This document shows positions 1 to 16,862 of a stretch of 64,000 nt of DNA, one piece after another. Positions within the stretch are counted from its first letter, which is position 1. Every line of letters starts with the position of its first letter. A program made the position numbers and the translations under genes. Source of the DNA: the human T2T-CHM13v2.0 reference genome, Homo sapiens; NCBI RefSeq assembly GCF_009914755.1, contig NC_060926.1. One strand, written 5' to 3'. The notes beneath the pieces were generated by a model. It did no database searches and was not told the DNA's origin. It was given only the letters and a program-made list of their open reading frames with translations.

Positions 1-316
1 CTCCAGGAAGTCTTCCTGGAGAGCCTGTCCTGGGTTAGGCCCGCCCAGAGCCACCTGGGGCGACTTATTTCATGGCACCTTCGACCTTGCTCTCTGTCTG
101 TTTTGTGTCTGGCTTCATCACCAAACTGAGCCTCTTGGGGGCAGTGACCGGGTCTTAGGTCTTAGTTGGCCCTTAGGCGCTAGGGCTGAGAAGACTTAGG
201 CGGACAGGAGATGAGACTGTGTATTCGACGACACACTTTAGAGATCCAGCCCGGAACACAGCCATACCAGATTTTAAAAAAAGCCAACATAATATAGCAT
301 GTTAAAAATTATTGTA

Positions 317-625
317 GGCCGGGAGCGGTGGCCCACGCCTGTAATCCCAGCAATTCAGGAGGCTGAGGCCGGAGGATCACTTGAGCTCAGGAGTTTGAGA
401 CCAGCCTAGGCAACCAACATAGTGAGACTCCGTCTGTACAAAAATGAAAAAAAATTAGCCGAGCGTGGTGGCCTGCACCTATAGTCCCAGCTACCTCGGG
501 AGGCTGAGGAGGGAGGACCCTTTGAGCCCCAGGAGGTCCAGGCTGCAGTGAGCTGTGATGGTGCCACTGTACTCCAGCCTGTAAGACAAAGGGAGAGACC
601 CTGTCTCTAAAAAATAAAAAATAAA
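317..625 (+). mobile_element. Alu SINE (old, AluJ-like)
   Basis: GGCCGGGAGCGGTGGCCCACGCCTGTAATCCCAGCA start, dimeric structure, A-rich tail. Confidence 0.93.
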
Positions 626-960
626 TAGTATACACATATGGTGCTTATTTGAAATATACATATTGTGTATTTTTTACCTTCTATATAAATGCTATTATTT
701 AAAGAAAACAATATGATTAGTTCACAGTGGCAATTAGTAATAATAGGACTAATAACAAATAATATGTGTGAGAAAAATATAAAAATAGTTTTATAATGTT
801 TCTTCCTGTCCTGTGATTTAGCAATTTATTTTAAGTCATTATTAGATACTTAAATTTTGTATCAAAATACATAAATGTAAGACTTTTAAAATGGTGAATG
901 TAATATAACAGCAGTATTTAAACAGATATTACTAATATTTAATCAAAAATAACAATGACG

Positions 961-1250
961 GGCTGGGCGTGGTGGCTCATGCCTGTAATCCTAGCACTTT
1001 GGGAGGCCGAAGCGGGCCGATCACTTGAGGTCAGGAGTTTGAGACCAGCCTGGCCAACATGGTGAAACCCTGTCTCTACTAAAAAAACAAAAATTAGTCG
1101 CCCGTGGTGGCACCCACCTGTAGTCCCAGGTACTCAGCAGGCTGAGGCAAGAGGATTGCTTGAACCTGGGAGGTAGAGGTTGCAGTGAGCCAAGATCACG
1201 CCACCGCACTCCAGCCTGGGCAAGAGTGAGACTCCGTCTACAAAAAAAAA
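961..1250 (+). mobile_element. Alu SINE (AluS-like)
   Basis: GGCTGGGCGTGGTGGCTCATGCCTGTAATCC start through poly(A) tail. Confidence 0.93.
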
Positions 1251-1254
1251 GACA

Positions 1255-3450
<2,196 letters not shown>

Positions 3451-3859
3451 TTCCTCATTTTCATCACCTGAATGCTTAAGAAAACATGGCCTCAGTAGTC
3501 ACCATGCTAAAATTAAACTAGCAGTGTCTCAATACAAAGCACAACAATTAATCCGCAGGCAAAGTGGATGGTCACGTTCAAGATTATAGCGCGCTTAAGT
3601 TACATCACAAGGAGTGACATAATAATGGATGATCCACTATGGTGTACTACAAATCATGGTGGTTGTCCTCAGCAACAGACACTAAGGAAGGTGATGTGCC
3701 CATTTGGCACTAAAACCAGTGTTGCCTTCGGCCTCTGTTTCTGGGGTTGCCATGTGGGTTTTATACCTTTCCCCTAATCTCCTGTATCAATCACTGAAAA
3801 CCTCGACTTTTCTCTTCCCAAGGGAGAGTTTACTTCCCTTTAACTTTTTGGCTTCTTCT

Positions 3860-6070
<2,211 letters not shown>

Positions 6071-6571
6071 ACAAAAGAGAGAGACGTTGGACTGCATCCA
6101 TCCCACTCCACTTCTTACCAGGGAGCTCCCGGGAGCCTCTCTAGTGTCTGTCCTCCCTGCCCTGCCTGGGGTGGGCTGAGCAGCACAGCGTCCCTGCAGA
6201 GAGAATGGAGAATGGGCAATGCCCACACAGGGGAGTGGCATGGGGTGAGAAGGAACCTTAGTCCCGTCAGCCCTGACCACCAGCCCATCTCTCATCACTG
6301 TTCAGCAGAGTGAGCTCAAGTTGGGTTTCTGGCATCTATTGGCAGAGCCAGGGCCAAAACGCAAGGGGTGGGGAGTGTTGTACAGGTTAGGGCTGACTGA
6401 ATGATCAGCCCTAATCTGTACAACGGATCTGTGCAGTCTGAGCTTCCACACAGCAGCAGCTGTCCTTGACCCCTTCCCCTCCTAGTCGGCCCCTCCCTGA
6501 CCTTCCCAGGCCTGTGGGAAGTCCTGTTAAGTCCCAGGCCATGTCCACTTTGTATAAAATACTTAAAAATA

Positions 6572-6976
<405 letters not shown>

Positions 6977-7169
6977 TCAGAAAAAGGCTAGCGGAGGTTT
7001 AAGGCCGTGGGAACGTGACTCCAGAGCTGAGGGCTTTGGAACCCCGCCTGCTCCGGTAGTTGTGGCTGGCCTTGCCCCACACACATTTGGTTCTAGCTCC
7101 TTTGCTTGGGTCTTCATCCATGCAGCGAATTCCTTAGCCACAGGTGTCCCTCTGCTCTCTAACTCACAG

Positions 7170-7650
7170 CGAGCTCGCTGCCCAAAGTCCTGCTCCGGCT
7201 TCCTGGGTGGACCTGACCGCGTTCGGGTGCACGTGGGGCGACTCACACCTGACAAGTAAAGCGGGTGAGGCCGCGCCTGTGAAGGGCGCCTGGCTCCTCC
7301 GCAGGAGCGGTGCGGCGCGGCGCCCCCGGCTGGAACCAGGTGTAACTGCAGAGACCCTGGGATCGCAGGAACGGCTGGCGGCAGGACTGTCCCTACCTCG
7401 AGAAGGTGACGGGGTTTCCTGCGCTGCCAGCCGATGAGGCGGCCGTGACGCAGCCCGCCGTGCAGAGTCCCCGTCGGCCGACAGGCGTGCAGAGCTCTGC
7501 AGAGGACCCTTCCGCCCTCTGGGCAGCCTGCCAAGCCGTGGCACCCCCAACCCCCAGCACTGGGCACTTGGGAGCATTGCAGCCGCCCTGGCTCGTACCG
7601 GTGCCGGTGCTTTGGGCACCTGGGCTGGTTTGGACATGGGTGCCCCGGGC
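7170..7650. promoter_or_regulatory. CpG-rich island ~2.3 kb upstream of PROC with a CTCF-like motif at 7320-7333
   Basis: Dense CpGs in non-repeat sequence; the minus strand reads CCAGCCGGGGGCGC. Confidence 0.55.
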
Positions 7651-8608
7651 AGAGTCCATTTATGCAGGTCAGAATCAGTGTGTGGAGCCTGCATAGACTT
7701 GCCCTGGAGCGGCTGCCTGTGCTGGGGTGGGGAGGAGTAGAGGGCGAGAAGTTGGTGGGGAAGGGAAGCGGCGCCAAAAGAATACCCACAACATCTTGCA
7801 CCTGGAAGGCAAAGCAGAGGGCAGTGATCTCTGCAGACTTGCGGGGGCGACGCCTGAAGCAAACAGGGACATACAAGCTGGTGCCTTCTGTGGTTGTGCA
7901 TGGGGTCTTCATGCTTCCTGTCTGAGTTCCCAGAAGCTTGTCTCTGCTTTTCTAGGCAGCTGCCACAGCCTGTCACAAACAGCTCCTGGTTCTCCACTTC
8001 TCATAGTCTCGATTTCAAAATCCATTGCCTCACCCTCCACCTCCTCTCCACCTCCACCCCTCCTAGCACCTCCTGACTGCTTGTGTTCTGTGTCTCCCCA
8101 CTGTCTCCCAACCTGGGGTGGGGTTGGGGGGGATGTCTTTCCTCCTGTCTGCTCTTTGATGTCCAGCTGAAGTGTCACCTCCTACAGGCAGCCTCCCCTG
8201 GCTATGCCAGCTTGTACTGATTGCCCTCTCCTCTGAATTCTGTAAGCATTTCCTATGTGTACCTGCCCCTGGGCAAGGTGGGCCTGACTTGTTAGAGTGT
8301 TAGAGTTTTACCCTGTTCCTCTAGGAGGGCCTGGTACCACCACAGCCCAGCATGGTGTGGTGCCTCAGCAGGAGGCATCTGGTTACAATCAACACAAGCT
8401 GTTCCAGCCAATTTAAAGAAACTTCAGGAGGAATAGGGTTTTAGGAGGGCATGGGGACCCTCCTGCACCCGAAGCCAGGATGTGCCACCAATCATAAGGA
8501 GGCAGGGGCCTCCTTCCGCTGCTCCCTGGGACTCTCTAGGTGTCCGTGGCCTCAGCCCCCCTCTGCACACCTGCATCTTCCTTCTCATCAGCTTCCTCTG
8601 CTTTAAGC

Positions 8609-8742
8609 GTAAACATGGATGCCCAGGACCTGGCCTCAATCTTCCGAGTCTGGTACTTATGGTGTACTGACAGTGTGAGACCCTACTCCTCTGATCAATC
8701 CCCTGGGTTGGTGACTTCCCTGTGCAATCAATGGAAGCCAGC
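8609..8742 (+). repeat. Copy 1 of a ~135-bp dispersed duplication (copy 2 at 10308-10460)
   Basis: Direct alignment of the two copies; 34-nt identical block 8698-8731 = 10416-10449. Confidence 0.92.
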
Positions 8743-9259
8743 GAGGCAGGGTCACATGCCCCGTTTAGAGGTGCAGACTTGGAGAAGGAACGTGGGCAAG
8801 TCTTCCCAGGAACAGGTAGGGCAGGGAGGAAAGGGGGGCATCTCTGGTGCAGCCCGGTTCGGAGCAGGAAGACGCTTAATAAATGCTGATAGACTGCAGG
8901 ACACAGGCAAAGGTGCTGAGCTGGACCCTTTATTTCTGCCCTTCTCCCTTCTGGCACCCCGGCCAGGAAATTGCTGCAGCCTTTCTGGAATCCCGTTCAT
9001 TTTTCTTACTGGTCCACAAAAGGGGCCAAATGGAAGCAGCAAGACCTGAGTTCAAATTAAATCTGCCAACTACCAGCTCAGTGAATCTGGGCGAGTAACA
9101 CAAAACTTGAGTGTCCTTACCTGAAAAATAGAGGTTAGAGGGATGCTATGTGCCATTGTGTGTGTGTGTTGGGGGTGGGGATTGGGGGTGATTTGTGAGC
9201 AATTGGAGGTGAGGGTGGAGCCCAGTGCCCAGCACCTATGCACTGGGGACCCAAAAAGG

Positions 9260-9395
9260 AGCATCTTCTCATGATTTTATGTATCAGAAATTGGGATGGC
9301 ATGTCATTGGGACAGCGTCTTTTTTCTTGTATGGTGGCACATAAATACATGTGTCTTATAATTAATGGTATTTTAGATTTGACGAAATATGGAAT
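9260..9395. mobile_element. Small Tc2/mariner-type MITE remnant (MER104-like)
   Basis: CAGAAATTGGGATG...GTCTTATAATTAATGGTATTTTAGATTTGACGAAATATGG resembles the recalled MER104 end. Confidence 0.5.
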
Positions 9396-9670
9396 ATTAC
9401 CTGTTGTGCTGATCTTGGGCAAACTATAATATCTCTGGGCAAAAATGTCCCCATCTGAAAAACAGGGACAACGTTCCTCCCTCAGCCAGCCACTATGGGG
9501 CTAAAATGAGACCACATCTGTCAAGGGTTTTGCCCTCACCTCCCTCCCTGCTGGATGGCATCCTTGGTAGGCAGAGGTGGGCTTCGGGCAGAACAAGCCG
9601 TGCTGAGCTAGGACCAGGAGTGCTAGTGCCACTGTTTGTCTATGGAGAGGGAGGCCTCAGTGCTGAGGGC

Positions 9671-9700
9671 CAAGCAAATATTTGTGGTTATGGATTAACT
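9671..9700 (+). promoter_or_regulatory. PROC: PROC liver-specific core promoter: overlapping HNF3/FOXA sites plus HNF1/HNF6 site
   Basis: AAGCAAATATTTGT (opposed FOXA motifs) followed by GGTTATGGATTAAC (HNF1-type), directly upstream of exon 1; matches the described PROC promoter. Confidence 0.85.
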
Positions 9701-9709
9701 CGAACTCCA

Positions 9710-9762
9710 GGCTGTCATGGCGGCAGGACGGCGAACTTGCAGTATCTCCACGACCCGCCCCT
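9710..9762 (+). other. PROC: PROC exon 1 (5' UTR; TSS approximate)
   Basis: GCTGTCATGGCGGCAGG...CCCGCCCCT followed by donor GTGAGT at 9763. Confidence 0.85.
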
Positions 9763-10307
9763 GTGAGTCCCCCTCCAGGCAGGTCTATGAGGGGTGTGGA
9801 GGGAGGGCTGCCCCCGGGAGAAGAGAGCTAGGTGGTGATGAGGGCTGAATCCTCCAGCCAGGGTGCTCAACAAGCCTGAGCTTGGGGTAAAAGGACACAA
9901 GGCCCTCCACAGGCCAGGCCTGGCAGCCACAGTCTCAGGTCCCTTTGCCATGCGCCTCCCTCTTTCCAGGCCAAGGGTCCCCAGGGCCCAGGGCCATTCC
10001 AACAGACAGTTTGGAGCCCAGGACCCTCCATTCTCCCCACCCCACTTCCACCTTTGGGGGTGTCGGATTTGAACAAATCTCAGAAGCGGCCTCAGAGGGA
10101 GTCGGCAAGAATGGAGAGCAGGGTCCGGTAGGGTGTGCAGAGGGCCACGTGGCCTATCCACTGGGGAGGGTTCCTTGATCTCTGGCCACCAGGGCTATCT
10201 CTGTGGCCTTTTGGAGCACCTGGTGGTTTGGGGCAGGGGTTGAATTTCCAGGCCTAAAACCACACAGGCCTGGCCTTGAGTCCTGGCTCTGCGAGTAATG
10301 CATGGAT

Positions 10308-10460
10308 GTAAACATGGAGACCCAGGACCTTGCCTCAGTCTTCCGAGTCTGGTGCCTGCAGTGTACTGATGGTGTGAGACCCTACTCCTGGAGGATGGGG
10401 GACAGAATCTGATCGATCCCCTGGGTTGGTGACTTCCCTGTGCAATCAACGGAGACCAGC
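10308..10460 (+). repeat. Copy 2 of the duplicated module, in PROC intron 1
   Basis: Aligns to 8609-8742 with 19 extra nt at 10390-10408. Confidence 0.92.
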
Positions 10461-10479
10461 AAGGGTTGGATTTTTAATA

Positions 10480-10830
10480 AACCACTTAACTCCTCCGAGT
10501 CTCAGTTTCCCCCTCTATGAAATGGGGTTGACAGCATTAATAACTACCTCTTGGGTGGTTGTGAGCCTTAACTGAAGTCATAATATCTCATGTTTACTGA
10601 GCATGAGCTATGTGCAAAGCCTGTTTTGAGAGCTTTATGTGGACTAACTCCTTTAATTCTCACAACACCCTTTAAGGCACAGATACACCACGTTATTCCA
10701 TCCATTTTACAAATGAGGAAACTGAGGCATGGAGCAGTTAAGCATCTTGCCCAACATTGCCCTCCAGTAAGTGCTGGAGCTGGAATTTGCACCGTGCAGT
10801 CTGGCTTCATGGCCTGCCCTGTGAATCCTG
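10480..10830. mobile_element. MIR SINE fragments
   Basis: CTCAGTTTCCCCCTCTATGAAATGGGG and CCATTTTACAAATGAGGAAACTGAGGC MIR cores in opposite orientations. Confidence 0.75.
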
Positions 10831-11038
10831 TAAAAATTGTTTGAAAGACACCATGAGTGTCCAATCAACGTTAGCTAATATTCTCAGCCCAGTCATCAGA
10901 CCGGCAGAGGCAGCCACCCCACTGTCCCCAGGGAGGACACAAACATCCTGGCACCCTCTCCACTGCATTCTGGAGCTGCTTTCTAGGCAGGCAGTGTGAG
11001 CTCAGCCCCACGTAGAGCGGGCAGCCGAGGCCTTCTGA

Positions 11039-11392
<354 letters not shown>

Positions 11393-12434
11393 TGAGGGGC
11401 AGATGGGAATGGCAGGAATCAACTGACAAGTCCCAGGTAGGCCAGCTGCCAGAGTGCCACACAGGGGCTGCCAGGGCAGGCATGCGTGATGGCAGGGAGC
11501 CCCGCGATGACCTCCTAAAGCTCCCTCCTCCACACGGGGATGGTCACAGAGTCCCCTGGGCCTTCCCTCTCCACCCACTCACTCCCTCAACTGTGAAGAC
11601 CCCAGGCCCAGGCTACCGTCCACACTATCCAGCACAGCCTCCCCTACTCAAATGCACACTGGCCTCATGGCTGCCCTGCCCCAACCCCTTTCCTGGTCTC
11701 CACAGCCAACGGGAGGAGGCCATGATTCTTGGGGAGGTCCGCAGGACACATGGGCCCCTAAAGCCACACCAGGCTGTTGGTTTCATTTGTGCCTTTATAG
11801 AGCTGTTTATCTGCTTGGGACCTGCACCTCCACCCTTTCCCAAGGTGCCCTCAGCTCAGGCATACCCTCCTCTAGGATGCCTTTTCCCCCATCCCTTCTT
11901 GCTCACACCCCCAACTTGATCTCTCCCTCCTAACTGTGCCCTGCACCCAAGACAGACACTTCACAGAGCCCAGGAGACACCTGGGGACCCTTCCTGGGTG
12001 ATAGGTCTGTCTATCCTCCAGGTGTCCCTGCCCAAGGGGAGAAGCATGGGGAATACTTGGTTGGGGGAGGAAAGGAAGACTGGGGGGATGTGTCAAGATG
12101 GGGCTGCATGTGGTGTACTGGCAGAAGAGTGAGAGGATTTAACTTGGCAGCCTTTACAGCAGCAGCCAGGGCTTGAGTACTTATCTCTGGGCCAGGGACT
12201 GTATTGGATGTTTTACATGACGGTCTCATCCCCATGTTTTTGGATGAGTAAATTGAACCTTAGAAAGGTAAAGACACTGGCTCAAGGTCACACAGAGATC
12301 GGGGTGGGGTTCACAGGGAGGCCTGTCCATCTCAGAGCAAGGCTTCGTCCTCCAACTGCCATCTGCTTCCTGGGGAGGAAAAGAGCAGAGGACCCCTGCG
12401 CCAAGCCATGACCTAGAATTAGAATGAGTCTTGA

Positions 12435-12806
<372 letters not shown>

Positions 12807-14186
12807 TGAGGCCCTCTTAGGAGTTGTGGGGGTGGCTGAGTGGAGCGATTAGGATGCTGGCCCTATGATGTCGGCCAGGCACATGTGACTGCAAGAAACA
12901 GAATTCAGGAAGAAGCTCCAGGAAAGAGTGTGGGGTGACCCTAGGTGGGGACTCCCACCAGCCACAGTGTAGGTGGTTCAGTCCACCCTCCAGCCACTGC
13001 TGAGCACCACTGCCTCCCCGTCCCACCTCACAAAGAGGGGACCTAAAGACCACCCTGCTTCCACCCATGCCTCTGCTGATCAGGGTGTGTGTGTGACCGA
13101 AACTCACTTCTGTCCACATAAAATCGCTCACTCTGTGCCTCACATCAAAGGGAGAAAATCTGATTGTTCAGGGGGTCGGAAGACAGGGTCTGTGTCCTAT
13201 TTGTCTAAGGGTCAGAGTCCTTTGGAGCCCCCAGAGTCCTGTGGACGTGGCCCTAGGTAGTAGGGTGAGCTTGGTAACGGGGCTGGCTTCCTGAGACAAG
13301 GCTCAGACCCGCTCTGTCCCTGGGGATCGCTTCAGCCACCAGGACCTGAAAATTGTGCACGGCCTGGGCCCCCTTCCAAGGCATCCAGGGATGCTTTCCA
13401 GTGGAGGCTTTCAGGGCAGGAGACCCTCTGGCCTGCACCCTCTCTTGCCCTCAGCCTCCACCTCCTTGACTGGACCCCCATCTGGACCTCCATCCCCACC
13501 ACCTCTTTCCCCAGTGGCCTCCCTGGCAGACACCACAGTGACTTTCTGCAGGCACATATCTGATCACATCAAGTCCCCACCGTGCTCCCACCTCACCCAT
13601 GGTCTCTCAGCCCCAGCAGGCCTTGGCTGGCCTCTCTGATGGAGCAGGCATCAGGCACAGGCCGTGGGTCTCAACGTGGGCTGGGTGGTCCTGGACCAGC
13701 AGCAGCCGCCGCAGCAGCAACCCTGGTACCTGGTTAGGAACGCAGACCCTCTGCCCCCATCCTCCCAACTCTGAAAAACACTGGCTTAGGGAAAGGCGCG
13801 ATGCTCAGGGGTCCCCCAAAGCCCGCAGGCAGAGGGAGTGATGGGACTGGAAGGAGGCCGAGTGACTTGGTGAGGGATTCGGGTCCCTTGCATGCCAGAG
13901 GCTGCTGTGGGAGCGGACAGTCGCGAGAGCAGCACTGCAGCTGCATGGGGAGAGGGTGTTGCTCCAGGGACGTGGGATGGAGGCTGGGCGCGGGCGGGTG
14001 GCGCTGGAGGGCGGGGGAGGGGCAGGGAGCACCAGCTCCTAGCAGCCAACGACCATCGGGCGTCGATCCCTGTTTGTCTGGAAGCCCTCCCCTCCCCTGC
14101 CCGCTCACCCGCTGCCCTGCCCCACCCGGGCGCGCCCCCTCCGCACACCGGCTGCAGGAGCCTGACGCTGCCCGCTCTCTCCGCAG

Positions 14187-14211
14187 CTGGCCTTCTGGTC
14201 CAAGCACGTCG
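14187..14211 (+). CDS. PROC: Protein C exon 4 (aromatic stack, LAFWSKHV)
   Basis: 25-nt exon: CCGCAG|CTGGCC...GTCG|GTGAGT. Confidence 0.97.
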
Positions 14212-14303
14212 GTGAGTGCGTTCTAGATCCCCGGCTGGACTACCGGCGCCCGCGCCCCTCGGGATCTCTGGCCGCTGACCCCCTACCCCGCCTTGTGTCG
14301 CAG

Positions 14304-14441
14304 ACGGTGACCAGTGCTTGGTCTTGCCCTTGGAGCACCCGTGCGCCAGCCTGTGCTGCGGGCACGGCACGTGCATCGACGGCATCGGCAGCTTCAGCTG
14401 CGACTGCCGCAGCGGCTGGGAGGGCCGCTTCTGCCAGCGCG
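14304..14441 (+). CDS. PROC: Protein C exon 5 (EGF1)
   Basis: [45 protein letters not shown]; CAG|...|GTGAG. Confidence 0.98.
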
Positions 14442-14543
14442 GTGAGGGGGAGAGGTGGATGCTGGCGGGCGGCGGGGCGGGGCTGGGGCCGGGTTGGGGG
14501 CGCGGCACCAGCACCAGCTGCCCGCGCCCTCCCCTGCCCGCAG

Positions 14544-14678
14544 AGGTGAGCTTCCTCAATTGCTCTCTGGACAACGGCGGCTGCACGCATTACTGCCTAG
14601 AGGAGGTGGGCTGGCGGCGCTGTAGCTGTGCGCCTGGCTACAAGCTGGGGGACGACCTCCTGCAGTGTCACCCCGCAG
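14544..14678 (+). CDS. PROC: Protein C exon 6 (EGF2)
   Basis: [44 protein letters not shown]; CAG|...|GTGAG. Confidence 0.98.
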
Positions 14679-14806
14679 GTGAGAAGCCCCCAATACATCG
14701 CCCAGGAATCACGCTGGGTGCGGGGTGGGCAGGCCCCCTGACGGGGCGCGGCGCGGGGGGCTCAGGAGGGTTTCTAGGGAGGGAGCGAGGAACAGAGTTG
14801 AGCCTT

Positions 14807-14888
14807 GGGGCAGCGGCAGACGCGCCCCAACACCGGGGCCACTGTTAGCGCAATCAGCCCGGGAGCTGGGCGCGCCCTCCGCTTTCCC
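14807..14888 (-). ncRNA. MIR4783: microRNA precursor hairpin miR-4783, antisense in PROC intron 6
   Basis: The minus strand reads GGGAAAGCGGAGGGCGCGCCCAGCTCCCGGGCTG...CCCCGGTGTTGGGGCGCGTCTGCCGCTGCCCC. The arms are complementary and the sequence matches the recalled miR-4783 precursor. Confidence 0.8.
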
Positions 14889-15439
14889 TGCTTCCTTTCT
14901 TCCTGGCGTCCCCGCCTTCCTCCGGGCGCCCCTGCGCACCTGGGGCCACCTCCTGGAGCGCAAGCCCAGTGGTGGCTCCGCTCCCCAGTCTGAGCGTATC
15001 TGGGGCGAGGCGTGCAGCGTCCTCCTCCATGTAGCCTGGCTGCGTTTTTCTCTGACGTTGTCCGGCGTGCATCGCATTTCCCTCTTTACCCCCTTGCTTC
15101 CTTGAGGAGAGAACAGAATCCCGATTCTGCCTTCTTCTATATTTTCCTTTTTATGCATTTTAATCAAATTTATATATGTATGAAACTTTAAAAATCAGAG
15201 TTTTACAACTCTTACATTTCAGCATGCTGTTCCTTGGCATGGGTCCTTTTTTCATTCATTTTCATTAAAAGGTGGACCCTTTTAATGTGGAAATTCCTAT
15301 CTTCTGCCTCTAGGGACATTTATCACTTATTTCTTCTACAATCTCCCCTTTACTTCCTCTATTTTCTCTTTCTGGACCTCCCATTATTCAGACCTCTTTC
15401 CTCTAGTTTTATTGTCTCTTCTATTTCCCATCTCTTTGA

Positions 15440-15767
<328 letters not shown>

Positions 15768-15825
15768 TCTTTCAGGGAACTTTCTACAACTTTATAATTC
15801 AATTCTTCTGCAGAAAAAAATTTTT

Positions 15826-15965
15826 GGCCAGGCTCAGTAGCTCAGACCAATAATTCCAGCACTTTGAGAGGCTGAGGTGGGAGGATTGCTTGAGCTTGGG
15901 AGTTTGAGACTAGCCTGGGCAACACAGTGAGACCCTGTCTCTATTTTTAAAAAAAGTAAAAAAAG
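15826..15965 (+). mobile_element. Alu monomer (FLAM-like)
   Basis: Single left-arm-like unit with A tail. Confidence 0.8.
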
Positions 15966-16862
15966 ATCTAAAAATTTAACTTTTTATTTTGAAATAATTA
16001 GATATTTCCAGGAAGCTGCAAAGAAATGCCTGGTGGGCCTGTTGGCCTGTGGGTTTCCTGCAAGGCCGTGGGAAGGCCCTGTCATTGGCAGAACCCCAGA
16101 TCGTGAGGGCTTTCCTTTTAGGCTGCTTTCTAAGAGGACTCCTCCAAGCTCTTGGAGGATGGAAGACGCTCACCCATGGTGTTCGGCCCCTCAGAGCAGG
16201 GTGGGGCAGGGGAGCTGGTGCCTGTGCAGGCTGTGGACATTTGCATGACTCCCTGTGGTCAGCTAAGAGCACCACTCCTTCCTGAAGCGGGGCCTGAAGT
16301 CCCTAGTCAGAGCCTCTGGTTCACCTTCTGCAGGCAGGGAGAGGGGAGTCAAGTCAGTGAGGAGGGCTTTCGCAGTTTCTCTTACAAACTCTCAACATGC
16401 CCTCCCACCTGCACTGCCTTCCTGGAAGCCCCACAGCCTCCTATGGTTCCGTGGTCCAGTCCTTCAGCTTCTGGGCGCCCCCATCACGGGCTGAGATTTT
16501 TGCTTTCCAGTCTGCCAAGTCAGTTACTGTGTCCATCCATCTGCTGTCAGCTTCTGGAATTGTTGCTGTTGTGCCCTTTCCATTCTTTTGTTATGATGCA
16601 GCTCCCCTGCTGACGACGTCCCATTGCTCTTTTAAGTCTAGATATCTGGACTGGGCATTCAAGGCCCATTTTGAGCAGAGTCGGGCTGACCTTTCAGCCC
16701 TCAGTTCTCCATGGAGTATGCGCTCTCTTCTTGGCAGGGAGGCCTCACAAACATGCCATGCCTATTGTAGGAGCTCTCCAAGAATGCTCACCTCCTTCTC
16801 CCTGTAATTCCTTTCCTCTGTGAGGAGCTCAGCAGCATCCCATTATGAGACCTTACTAATCC

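Larger units (their letters stand above)
13950..15075. promoter_or_regulatory. Intragenic CpG island spanning PROC exons 4-6
   Basis: Very high GC and CpG density, including in the introns. Confidence 0.8.

Noticed and set aside
1-21. Perfect 10-bp inverted repeat CTCCAGGAAG-T-CTTCCTGGAG
   Set aside because: Short, at the window edge and within L2-like sequence; no supporting context.
6977-7997. Long minus-strand ORFs (311 and 277 aa)
   Set aside because: GC-rich CpG-island sequence is depleted of stop codons; the translations are low-complexity with no recognisable domain.
9506-9766. 86-aa ORF running through the promoter into exon 1
   Set aside because: Starts upstream of the likely TSS and is out of frame with PROC through either exon 2 acceptor (278 or 274 nt).
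13786-14586. 266-aa minus-strand ORF
   Set aside because: Antisense shadow of GC-rich exons 4-6 and the CpG island.
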